64,000 bases of DNA from Eledone cirrhosa (lineage: Eukaryota): contig OZ024743.1 in NCBI GenBank assembly GCA_964016885.1, positions 356,376,001 to 356,440,000 on the forward strand. Reading direction: 5' to 3'. Made by a program: the position numbers and the translations under genes. Within the stretch, counting starts at the first letter, position 1. Every line of letters begins with the position of its first letter. Shown in pieces: positions 52,656-64,000 of the stretch. The notes beneath the pieces are model-generated. The model ran no database searches. It had not been told where the DNA came from and saw only the letters and a program-made list of their open reading frames with translations.

Positions 52656-53179
52656 TGAAATATATGTATAGTGTATTTGGCAATATATTTAATTTAAAAT
52701 ATTTAGAAGACCATACGCTATCAGTTTTAAAGTAGTGACTATATCTATGTATGTATGTATCATTCCAAGCGTGCAAACACATACATGTCTTTTTTATAAA
52801 TGAAGTATGCATGTATGTGTATGAATGTATGTAAGTGTGTGCGCGCGCATATATGTGTATGTTTATGTCGATGTATATGGGTGAATATATACATATATGT
52901 ATGTGTCTGTGTGTGTGTATCTAAAGCCTAATTTACAATCCCTAACTAATTACTTTCGCTTGTAAATTGTCCATATATATATATATACATACACACACAC
53001 ACATACACACACACACACACACTCACACACAGACATACATATATATATATGAACAATTTACAAACAAAGGTATACAATTCAAACCCTCAACGAATAGTCA
53101 TGGTAACATTTTCGTTTACTAATTATCCGATATTTCAACTTGAACTGTTCTCTCCCTCTCATTTACTCCTTCATACCTC

Positions 53180-53243
53180 ACTTTCTTTCTTTCTGTCCTT
53201 CTTTCTTTCTTTCCTCATTTCTTTCTTTCTTTCTTTCATCATT

Positions 53244-53328
<85 letters not shown>

Positions 53329-53332
53329 TTTC
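53180..53332. repeat. (TTTC)n microsatellite
   Basis: Direct inspection. Confidence 0.95.
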
Positions 53333-53841
53333 TCTATTTTCTAATTCATAAAATGCTTGACCACCTCCTTTCTGAAACAACAGAATTAAAACGATCATCA
53401 CTTCCGATTCCATTTCTACAACCAGGTAGACAATAAGCCTTAAGACATCCTTCATTACATTCATTTTTCTTCTTAACATTAATGGAACCTATTGCACGTA
53501 TATATAATTACATAGTAAAACTGCCAACGTTTTCAACCATTGATTTGTTACACGTAATAATTTTTGCATTTCTGCACTATTTCTATACATATACGTTTAA
53601 TGCAAGCTTTCTAACGGCGGTCACTCTACACTGACACGATAAGTCTTTTGGTAAGACACCTCAACTAACATCCGATACGTTGACATGTCACCTCTGTTTC
53701 AAATAATTATTTAGATATTAACATCATTGTCAACAATGAAGATTAATCTATTTCGACAGAATAAACTTATTTTACCTAATATTTAAGTATACATCGTATT
53801 AATGTATCTCTGTGTGTGTATATATAGGTGTATACGTATGT

Positions 53842-53876
<35 letters not shown>

Positions 53877-53877
<1 letters not shown>

Positions 53878-54816
53878 TGGTTGTCCATCGTGAACGATGA
53901 TGACATCTTTAATTTAGTTCCCGTCTGCCGTGGGCACGAAGGTGGCATCGCCGCAGGGCTTTGGGAGTGCTCGCTAAAGAAGAAACCTGCGCGGGAAAGG
54001 TTTATAGTGGGAGGGCCAGTGCACAGTGATGGTCCCACTCACTCGGCCGCAGAAGCCAGAATCCGATGGTACGGAGGACCGTCACGACCTGGGACTTCCT
54101 TGGCTGCAGTGGGCCGCAGAAGCCAGAATCCGATGGTACGGAGGACCGTCACGACCTGGGACTTCCTTGGCTGCAGTGGATGGCCACGACGTCTGTAGTG
54201 CCTTGCCGTGCCCTAGCGCTCCACACCGCTTGTTTTCGCCGCCTTCGTGACCGTTGGGACGATGTTGTTCTCCTCCTCTCACCCCGACGGGTCCAGTCTT
54301 CGCATGTAGGGGCAGGCATCTCCTATCTAACTCACCGGGGGGGGGGGGGGGGTCAGACCCGTCCGGCTACGCTCAACCTGGTTCTGCCCGCCAGCCAAGG
54401 CGGATTAGCATGGTGTGGCCGCTGTCGCATGCTACAGCTTCTTGGGGCCCCAGGTGAGAGCTGAGTGTTAGGTGGGACAAAATGCAGGACGAGCTGCCCT
54501 GAAAAGGGCATGGCTAGCCACCCCCTACATACGTACATGCCCCTCCCTGACATTCCAGGCACATACACACGTATATACATACATATACATATGTACATGT
54601 GTATATACATATTTAAACATTTTTGGATGGCCGTTGACTCCTATCAGTTCTTCCGCCCTTTGTCAGGTTTGGGTTTTTTGTCCTGCAGTGTGTCCAAAAT
54701 CACTCTCCTCACCAAGTAAACTTGGTGGGGTTGCCGGTTTAGTCGCCGACGACCCAAACATGCGATAGGTTGTATTGGTTTACATGTTACCAATACCACT
54801 CAAGAGTGACCTGACA
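53877..54816 (-). mobile_element. RTE-derived non-autonomous element, copy 2, with an internal 67-bp tandem duplication (54045-54178)
   Basis: GC-rich block between (TA)n tracts. 54620-54816 is homologous to 33200-33393 and 61655-61848. GGCCGCAGAAGCCAGAATCC... starts at both 54045 and 54112. Confidence 0.65.
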
Positions 54817-54829
54817 TAAATATATATAA

Positions 54830-54901
<72 letters not shown>

Positions 54902-54940
54902 TATATATATATATATTAAAATATATATATATATATATAT

Positions 54941-55345
54941 ATTAAAATAACAGATTAAAGTTTAAGCAAAGAATCGCTGCTTTCACTCTGCAGAACTGCT
55001 TTCACTCTGTAAACGCAGAACTGGATATTTTAAAAAAACGTTGCAACCGGAGGAAGACAGGAAGACGATACTTTGGTTCGTGGAAACGTTCCCTGGCAAA
55101 GAACGGGAAAAAACGAATATAATACGTCATTAATAGGAGCGGTGAAAAACAATTACACGCAAAGACAGAACCACGTTTATGGTATAAAAGAGGTCGTAGA
55201 CTAATGTTCTCTTAGGTGGTTCATAGAGACGTTCTCTGGCAATGAACGGAAACAAGGAAGATAATACGTCATATGTGGGGCATGGAGAACAATAGCACGC
55301 AAAGACAAAACCACGTAAATGGTATAACTGAAGTCGTAGACTAAA
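54941..55345 (-). mobile_element. Third copy of the 26.8/49.8-kb family, with an internal ~135-bp diverged duplication
   Basis: The reverse complement matches 49730-49930. ATAATACGTCAT...ACGCAAAGACA.AACCACGT..ATGGTATAA...GTCGTAGACTAA occurs twice. Confidence 0.75.
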
Positions 55346-55644
55346 ATTCTAACTAGGAAACCGAATGATTCTCCGCTTCAGAGTTAAGAATAAAGTAAAT
55401 AAAATACAATTCAGAGGTAATTGAAAAGAAATAAATACATACACGCGTCCAAATACGTACATAAAGAAGCATACGCGAAAAGACTCGCCATCGGTATACA
55501 AAACCACGCACATATAAATATGTGTGTGTGTGTGTACATATATATGAGTGGTCATTGAAATTGAACACAAAACTATTAAAGAAGGTCAGCAAATGAATAA
55601 TTTATGAAAATGAATGTATTACAATACGTCTTTGTCTTGTATGA

Positions 55645-55687
<43 letters not shown>

Positions 55688-55700
55688 GTACATATATATA

Positions 55701-55762
<62 letters not shown>

Positions 55763-55779
55763 TATATATATATATGTAC

Positions 55780-55849
<70 letters not shown>

Positions 55850-55896
55850 ATATATATATAGATAATATGTACATAATATATATATATATATATATA

Positions 55897-56100
55897 TAGG
55901 AACCAGTAAGACCCCGACAGCTGAGCTCAAGCCGTTTCGACGGCTAATTCTGGACTTCTGAGTCCAGAATTAGCCGTCGAAACGGCTTGAGCTCAGCTGT
56001 CGGGGTCTTACTGGTTCCTATTACCCACTCTACTACCTCAAGTATTGAGTACTTTGGTGCGTTATGGTCCACCTGGTTCCTTACCACATTTCCTTCGTTA
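55897..56100 (+). mobile_element. (TA)n-flanked element with a perfect 60-bp-arm palindrome (55897-56020) containing the 3' half of a hammerhead
   Basis: Arms match 60/60 with a 4-nt centre TCTG. The tail TTACCCACTCTACT..GTATTGAGTACTTTGGTGCGTTATGGTCCACCTGGTTCCTTAC.ACATTTCCTTCGTTA is shared with 47137-47216. Confidence 0.88.
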
Positions 56101-56437
56101 TATATATATATATATATATATTAGAATGATCGAGTATCGAAAAATCGGCGCACGAGTTCACGATAAACAAAATTCGATATGAGCGGCAGAGTGCTCGCTG
56201 ATTTAGATAAATCAGAGCTATAACCATCGTTAAAATACCGTCACACATAGAACAAGTCTATAATCAACCGCACGATCGAAAAAATCGATAACGGAAGATT
56301 CGGGGACACTCATATATATATTAGATCATACAAGACAAAGACGTATTGTAATACATTCATATTCATAAATTATTCATTTGCTGACGTTCTTTAATAGTTT
56401 TGTGTTCAATTTCAATGACCACTCATATATATGTACG

Positions 56438-56491
<54 letters not shown>

Positions 56492-56758
56492 CCTTTTTTC
56501 AATTTAAGGGAAAATTCGTATTTTTCTGGCATATCCAAAGTACGCAGCTTTATACACGCAATGCCACATTCACGGTTACCCTCTCTGTACACATATAGAT
56601 ATAACTTTATGGTACACTTCGGCTGTTTAACGCACTTTTTTTTTATAAGAGATGGCACAATGAAGAAACCCCTTTTTTATCGAAAACATTTATTTCGTTT
56701 TTGCTCTGGTCATTCACCTCCATCGTTCTATTTTTTCTTTAATTTCCCATTCTATATT

Positions 56759-56791
56759 CTGATGAAGGAGTAGTGTCAGAAACGTTAAGAC
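56759..56791 (+). ncRNA. Degenerate minimal hammerhead motif (related decayed copy at ~46676-46712, minus strand)
   Basis: CTGATGA-AGGAGTAGTGTCA-GAAA-CGTT-AAGAC. The core is present but stems I and II pair poorly. Confidence 0.4.
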
Positions 56792-56874
56792 TATTCCTAC
56801 TACATTAAGTATGAAACTAACACATATCTTCATTGAACCTCATCGTCTGTTGTGTTTATTCCGTATGCTTTACA

Positions 56875-57085
56875 CACATATGAGGTTAGCTGGACATGCT
56901 CACCAACATTCAGAGTTGACACTGAACTCAGTGTTCTTGTGGGAGCCCCTGCACGGACACAGGAGAAGAGGGAGACTGAGGTTAACATATTTTCATGCCC
57001 TAAGGACAAACGCTGCTCTCTTGGAGGCACAGGACATGGCAGCGATGATGAGCGACAGAGATCGCTGGAGAGAACTCGTCCATGG
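56875..57085 (+). pseudogene. 3'-terminal fragment of an RTE-clade LINE ORF
   Basis: RLAGHAHQHSELTLNSVFLWEPLHGHRRRGRLRLTY..MMSDRDRWRELV matches the RTE C-terminal pattern xAGHxxR..W.P..G.R.RGRP...DRxxWR. Confidence 0.8.
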
Positions 57086-57429
57086 ATCTCAGGAATTTTA
57101 CCCGCCTTACGTTATATGTGTGTGCGTGCGTAAATATTGACAACTGGTGTGATAGGCATATTTCACAAACATACACATACTTAAATTGGAGTGTGATTTC
57201 TTTCTTCTTGGTTTTATGTTCATAATTGTGCTTTGAGATAGTGAAGAGTGTCTCCTCTACCCTTTCCATATTATCTAGATGTACATCTAGTGAAACTACA
57301 CACAATGGATTATTTAAATGCATAATCTCTTAGTAGAGAAATAGGAATCTAATTCCTCATAATAAATTTTCACAATTTAGGGTGGGGTAATATTTTGACT
57401 TGTGAAGAAACAATAGAAAGTGTTGCTCA

Positions 57430-58125
57430 GTTCTCAGTTCGCCGAGCTTAGCTTTGCGTTTCATCCTTGCGGGGTCGATTAAATAAAGTACCAGTAACTC
57501 AATGGCACTGGGGTTGATCTGCAAGACTTTCCCCTCTCCCCAAATTGTTGGCCTTGACCTAAATCAAAAACAATTATTATTGTTATTGTTGTGTTGTTAT
57601 TATTGCCTGCATCATTTTCATCCTCATCATCATGATTATCCCTCCATCATCATCACAATCATCATTGTCATTATTATCCCCATATGGTGGATTGGCAGTA
57701 TCATTAGAGCGTCGAACAATATGCCCTGTGACATAGAGTTAAGGCGCTTTACATTCTGAGATCAAATCCCGGCGAGGTTAGCTTTGCCTTTTATTCTTAC
57801 GGGGTCGATAAAATAAAGTACCAGTAACGTACTGGGAACGATTTGATCGACTTTTCTCACCCAAAATTGTTGGCCTTGTGCCTAAATCAGAAACCATTAT
57901 TATCCCGACCATCATAGACTACAGTGGCAGAACCGAAGGAATGCCGAACAAAAGTAATCTATTCATTTAGTAGCGTATTACATCGTTCAAATTATGTGGA
58001 AAATGATTTTCGCTTTCATTCTACTGGAAGTAGTCACGCCAAGATTTTACTAGATTCGATTGAATCAGCTACACTCTTTCCCACCAAAAGTTGTAGCTTT
58101 ATATCCAAATTGAAAATCATTACTA
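57430..58125 (+). mobile_element. Cluster of three SINE copies (~57430-57580, ~57685-57900, degenerate ~57925-58125)
   Basis: TTGGCAGTATCATTAGAGCG, GAGATCAAATCCCGGCGAGG, CGGGGTCGATAAAATAAAGTACCAG and AAATTGTTGGCCTTG motifs. Confidence 0.85.
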
Positions 58126-58446
58126 TCAATATATTATTACAAAATGTAAAGTTACTACAATAATTGTGCTGATTTAAGAAATCGTTCGTTGACACGACGA
58201 ATAATAGAAAGTTAATGTTATTACTTTAGTTGTTTCTTATGTCCAGCTCAACATTGGGTAAATAGATCGACGATTAAAGCATTCTAGCCGTGACCATCCA
58301 GTTTAATTTTGATATGTTATCCAACGTTATTGTCTCTTTTAATGACGGTAGAGTGTGAATTAAAAATAATTTAACTTTTCCTTGCTCTTGCCCTCTATTT
58401 CACACCCTCCCTCTCTCTCCCTCTCACTCTCTCGTTCACTCTCTCC

Positions 58447-58571
<125 letters not shown>

Positions 58572-58614
58572 GTCTCTCTCTCTATATATATATATTTATA
58601 TATATATATATATA

Positions 58615-58673
58615 CTCTTTCACTCTTTTACCTGTTCCAGCCATCCAGCTGAGGCCATGCTAGGGCACCGCCC
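58615..58673. mobile_element. Short dispersed repeat fragment, with an inverted copy at ~33978-34022
   Basis: ACTCTTTTACCTGTTCCAGCCATCC..TGAGGCCA is the reverse complement of TGGCCTCA..GGATGGCTGGAACAGGTAAAAGAGT. Confidence 0.7.
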
Positions 58674-58704
<31 letters not shown>

Positions 58705-59859
58705 AAAATTTGTTATTATATAGCTAACAGACTAACTATTATTATCAGTAAACTAATCACGTGGCAGAGGTGGACAAGAGAAATGGAAAATAGTCAGATG
58801 TACAAAAATGGTTTCTTTTCTTTACTCCCTTATTGTTTATCATATCTCTGTCCTAGGTGAAGACACGAGAATGCCATTCACAAATACACAATAGCCCAGC
58901 CTTTCGAACTGCGAGAAACAATAGTCAAATCTCCCCCCGAAAGGAAGAACACACTAAATAATGCAATTCTATATAAACTATGTTTTAAATGAAGATGATA
59001 TAGTCATAATGAGAATCACTTTCTCCATAAATCTGCTCGATAAGAGCTAATCTGGAAGTTAAAGAAAAACGGGTACAGAAATATATTTTCAAATGCTTCA
59101 TAGAGCAAAAAATATTTAAAATTTTAGAAATCTTTCTTTTACTAAATTTTTCGAAATATATCTAGACCCAAACATTTTGCTGTAGTCGTCTACTAAGGGC
59201 AACTTCTAATAATTATTAAACATTTTCAAGCAGGGAGGTCAGTCATTGAACACGACACAACGTGTAAATATCTGAAGCGGGGCGCGAATATGAAAAAACA
59301 GTGATGGTTAAAGCGTACTAAGGAAAACGGCTTCATCAATACAAACATAAGTTAAACTTTCCAAATATCGTTGACAAAATCGGCTGAGCATCTAACACAT
59401 TACTTTGTGATACTTTCTTACTCTTCTTTTCCATAGAGTTCTGGGGTCAATATTATCAACTCGTTAAACGAGTTTAATCAACGAATCTAGTAAAAGAGTG
59501 AGCGAAAGTAAGAAATACTATGCTCATAGATTTCCACATCTTTCAAATAACAAGCATTTGAAATAAATAACTACAACATCATAATAGAGAAATGTCTACT
59601 AATTATATAGTCAGCAGTTTGATGTATAGGTTTCAAATATTACGCCAGTTACATAAGACAAAAATTACATTAGCTATATCATGATACATTTATACAAAAA
59701 ATAATATAGAATTGAACAAAAAATGTATACATTGTATACATATGTGTATATCAATATAGTATATTTACGTGTGTGTCTGTATATTTGTGAATGTATGTAT
59801 ACAAGTGTGCACGTATATATGTATATATATATATATAGACATACACAAAAGCAGACAAA

Positions 59860-59917
<58 letters not shown>

Positions 59918-59966
59918 TGTGTGTGTGTATAGTCATACGCAAATGCAAACAAATAAATAATATATA

Positions 59967-60073
<107 letters not shown>

Positions 60074-60380
60074 CCGGGTAACTATTCCAATCATAACTTA
60101 TTTTGTTTGACCCGTTTAGCGTGTTCGCTTATTTGGCTCTGGTGGTTAATGGCTTCTTAACCATCGTCTCAGTTTGTATGACCTTTTAAACTTATGCTTA
60201 TAGCTCTGGTATCCTCTTCATATCCATGGACCACTTGTCTATACATTACTGAAGTTGCGTTTCGCTAATTTCTACCCGCCGAAATGCGATTCTCTCTAAA
60301 TTTATATTTGTATTAATCTCCCAAGTCAAGCGATTAACCAGTTAATTTTTTCAGCTCTTTAGTTAATTCTATTGACTGAT

Positions 60381-60414
<34 letters not shown>

Positions 60415-60468
60415 TAAAAAAATAATGAATAAAACAATGAAACAGTTCCTTATATTAAACAAAAAAAG

Positions 60469-60624
60469 TTCATTATTTAACGATCGTTTCTAGGATATAT
60501 ATGTGTGTTAGAATTGGCATGCATATTCAACAGATCTATGTACAAAATTATACAAAATTATACAAACTATCAAAATTAAATATACATACCAACACATATA
60601 TATGCCGTCTTCAGAAATAATGAA
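60469..60624 (-). ncRNA. Type-I hammerhead ribozyme with a ~117-nt stem II insertion, in a (TA)n-flanked element (~60408-60790)
   Basis: Minus strand: TTCATTATTT-CTGAAGA-CGGC ATATATATGTG...CACATATATAT CCTA-GAAA-CGATCG-TT^AAATAATGAA. Stem I is 10 bp perfect and stem III is the palindrome ACGATCGT. Confidence 0.78.
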
Positions 60625-60785
60625 ATATATTTATTGATAATAACAACAATTCAAAATTACAGGTCTGTTTGGGAACAGAGTTCAAATTGACCAATGAAAA
60701 CACAAAAAGTTTATACAGTTAGGTGTGTGTATATATGTAAGTAACTTCGTTCACAGATATACCGTAAACTATTGGTAGATTTATC

Positions 60786-60870
<85 letters not shown>

Positions 60871-60902
60871 GTATATATATATTATATAATATTATATTAT
60901 AT

Positions 60903-60951
<49 letters not shown>

Positions 60952-61240
60952 GTATATATATATTATATAATATTATATTATATTATATACATATATATAT
61001 ATATATAAACAAGATAATTAACTGAACTGATGAAATAAAAATCACACCGTCGGCTAAACACGTTCAAGCGAGAGACAATATCGGTACGAGACACTGAAGA
61101 ACACACATATATATATATATATATATATAACCCCAGATGTAAACACAGATACATACACTTATAAATACATACATATATACATACATACATACATAGTTAC
61201 ATACGTACATAAATACATACATACATACACACATACATAC

Positions 61241-61848
61241 ATGGTGGCTACCAACTCGTTTTCAAGTACGGCCATTACTTTATATCCATGTAGGAGGACC
61301 CCTATCGATGCGCTGAACGAGTGTGACTTTTTAGTCCAGCCAGCGACTTGAAAACTCTGGTACAAACACTACACTTGTCACAATTATTGACACAGTGCTG
61401 GGCCATGGTACTATGTGACGACAAGTGCAGAGAGATCTCCAGATATAAAGCAATGCCTGTGCCGTGAAGCTTTTATAGTGAGCAAAGGCACTGCACAAAG
61501 CCAGTCCCACGCTCTTAACTAAGATGATATTTACCAAAAAGAAGAACAAGTCAACATCATTGGATACCATCAGGGTTGCAGGTGTTATATCAGAGTTTTC
61601 CTTCTCCTAGAATTCTGCCTTGACAAAGGCTAAGGCGTCATCTCTCCCGGTGATTTTGGATGGCCATTGACTCCTAAGAGCGCCTTTTCCCTTTGACAGG
61701 TTTTGTTTTTAGTCTTGCAAGATGTCCAAAGTCACCTTCCTCACCAAGAAACCTTGGTGGGGTTGCCAGTTTAGTCGCCAGCGACCCGACCATGAGACAG
61801 GTTGTACTGGGATACATGTTACCAGTAGCACCAACTGGTGACCTGACA
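61241..61848 (-). mobile_element. RTE-derived non-autonomous element, copy 3
   Basis: Both ends are homologous to 32859-33393, and an internal part to 53985-54040. Minus strand carries CTAGGAGAAGGAAAACTCTGA. Flanked by (ATAC)n. Confidence 0.6.
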
Positions 61849-61854
61849 TAATAT

Positions 61855-62005
61855 ATATACATACATACATACATAAATACATACATACATACATACATAC
61901 ATACATACATACATACATACATACATACATACATACATACATAAATACATACATACATAAATACATACATATATAAATACATAAATACATACATAAATAC
62001 ATGCA
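61855..62005. repeat. (ATAC)n microsatellite
   Basis: Direct inspection. Confidence 0.95.
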
Positions 62006-62136
62006 TACAATGGCGACCGTTATGGTCAGTGTCCGATAATCGGACGTGTGTAATTACTGCTTACATGAAGGCAACATAGCATATATTGGAAAAGGTTGAG
62101 CTACATTACGCGGTAAGATTACATACAATAATTTTA

Positions 62137-62450
62137 CATAAGTGTTTGAACTGTAAGTGTGTTGTAAAATACCTATTTATATGAACGATACATACACTTA
62201 TGATATATGAACGATACATACACTTTAACATATAAATGCAACGTTGTTATATTACATTTGTAAAGAAATATGCAAGTAACGTTTTCGATTCAGAAACAAA
62301 AACATAAGTGTTTGAACTGTGAATATGTTGTAGAACACCTATTTATATGAATGATACATAAACTTTAACATATAAATATAGCATTGTCATATTATATTAC
62401 ATTCATAAGAAATATACTAAGTAACGGTTTTTTTTTGTTCTCGATTCAAA
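62137..62450. repeat. ~165-bp diverged tandem duplication
   Basis: CATAAGTGTTTGAACTGT..GTTGTA.AA.ACCTATTTATATGAA.GATACATA occurs at ~62138 and ~62303. Confidence 0.8.
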
Positions 62451-62617
62451 CGATTAAAACACAGTTGTAGAATTAAAAACTAACTGAAAAGAAATATTAC
62501 TCAAGCTGTGAATAACTTTAAATTTGATTCTGACAGAACTTTGTCGAAACTTTTAAAGAAGATCATCGACTATTTTGAAAAATAAATACGAAATATTAGT
62601 GAATAGACGAACTCATC

Positions 62618-64000
62618 ATGGCAAAAAGTACAAGTCTTCTTCGACCAAATCGCAACTACAACCGTTGTATAAAGTGGAGCTACGAGCTTAACAAAGAATT
62701 ATATGAAGCATACAAACAATCTGAACCCCAAAAGTTCGGTTTTATGCAAAGGCTAAAAACTTTATGGAACTCCAAACACCCAGAATTAGACTTTTCTCCA
62801 AAGCATTTAAATGATCAGGCAAAACGTATCATTAGATGTAAATTGATACATCTAACGGAATTGAGTGATAGTACAAATACAGCCCTTGTAGACAACCAAC
62901 CCACCTCCACTGACAGACAAAGAGACTGGCCAGCTAATTCTAACAGTGAAAAGCTCACCAACAATTTTGCTGAAATCCATCCCACTTCCACTGAAGAACA
63001 GCGAGAATGGTGAGCTAACTCTAGTAGTAATTGTCACCACATCAACAACGAGGCTGAAATTCATGACTCTACCGTACAAACAGAACACAAAAAAACTTGT
63101 GGACATCTTGTAAGTGATATAGGACGATATGCTTCAAGAGATACACAGTCTTAATGTGAGTGACAGACCATGCAGAACCAGAATCGGTAAAGAACCCAGG
63201 AAATTGGAAACGGTGAAAAGCTGACAATTATCTGAAGGCTATACGATCTAAAGGTGTAGAAACGACATTTGAAACGCTTAACATTTTGTTATATGTTTCA
63301 GCTGTCATATTGCTATCACATAACGAACATCTAAAGCCACGCAATCAAGATACAAACAAAAAGCCTGAACCAGCGTGGATGCGAAATTTAAAAAGCAAAA
63401 TTTTGTCCCTGAGACGAAGTATCTCACACATTGCAGTCGTTATGAAATGCAACATAGAGAGCAACTTCACACGACACCAGGAAGAACTAAAAAAAAGATA
63501 GAGAGACGATTTGGAGATACAAAATTTAATACTTACAGAAACCATTAAAGGCACACAAGAACTGCCCGGATGGTTATCAACTGCCACTACTCTCCTCATT
63601 CCCCCAAATAACCAAACCACCCTTGATAAAAATTACCGCCCAATAGCCTGCCAAAACATCATGTATAAATTATATACTGGGTGCCTTAACCTGTTCTTAC
63701 AGGATCACTGTGCTACCAACAACATCATAACACCTGAGCAAGCTGGTGGAAAGAGGGAGGCGTGGGGTTGCATAGGTCACCTACTAACTAATAAAATGAT
63801 TCAAGAAAAAACAACAAGGAATCGCAGAAACATGACTGTGGTGTGGCTGGACTATCAAAAAGCATTTGATAGTGTACCTCATGGGTGGATTGTTAAGGCT
63901 TTACAGTTTGCCAAAGTCCCACAACCACTGGTAGTTGCTGTTGAACGTCTGACCAAGAACTGGTACACCAATTTGATTCTTAGAAGTGAGAAGGAGCAAG
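62618..64000 (+). pseudogene. Disrupted R4/Dong-type (RLE) non-LTR retrotransposon ORF, continuing past the window end
   Basis: N-terminal KWSYELNKELYEAYKQSEP..GFMQRLKTLW..HP..LNDQAKRI. RT from ~63560: WLSTATTLLIP..NYRPIACQNIMYKLYTG..EQAGGKR..GC..WLDYQKAFDSVPHGW. Stops and an apparent internal deletion lie between them. Confidence 0.85.

Noticed and set aside
53812-54610. Overlapping GC-rich ORFs as a gene
   Set aside because: They lie within the RTE-like repeat, include a 67-bp frame-shifting duplication, and show no protein motif.
61020-61105. CTGATGA and CTGAAGA on the plus strand as hammerhead cores
   Set aside because: No correctly placed downstream GAAA, stem III or stem I partner.

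Overview
This is repeat-rich animal genomic DNA, probably an octopod cephalopod (inferred from the SINE family and dense (TA)n/(CA)n microsatellites). I see no host protein-coding gene; most listed ORFs are microsatellite artefacts. Bases 1-23752 are a 48-bp tandem satellite (~495 units) with kb-scale internal duplications and a more diverged edge. The remaining 40 kb is a mosaic of decayed mobile elements: a near full-length Tx1/L1-type LINE (39.4-44.7 kb), an R4/Dong-type LINE running off the end, CRE-, RTE- and Penelope (GIY-YIG)-type fragments, Helitron derivatives and tRNA-derived SINEs. The main hidden signal is a set of small non-coding elements lodged in (TA)n tracts. They carry type-I hammerhead ribozyme folds: 7 intact-looking copies at 28.0, 44.7, 46.4, 46.9, 47.6, 51.1 and 60.5 kb, plus truncated or variant ones, mostly with a palindromic minimal stem III. 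Many of them form copy-specific inverted duplications, some folding back inside the ribozyme itself. This looks like a (TA)n-associated family of non-autonomous Penelope-like or retrozyme elements. All folds and alignments were parsed by eye and need computational confirmation.
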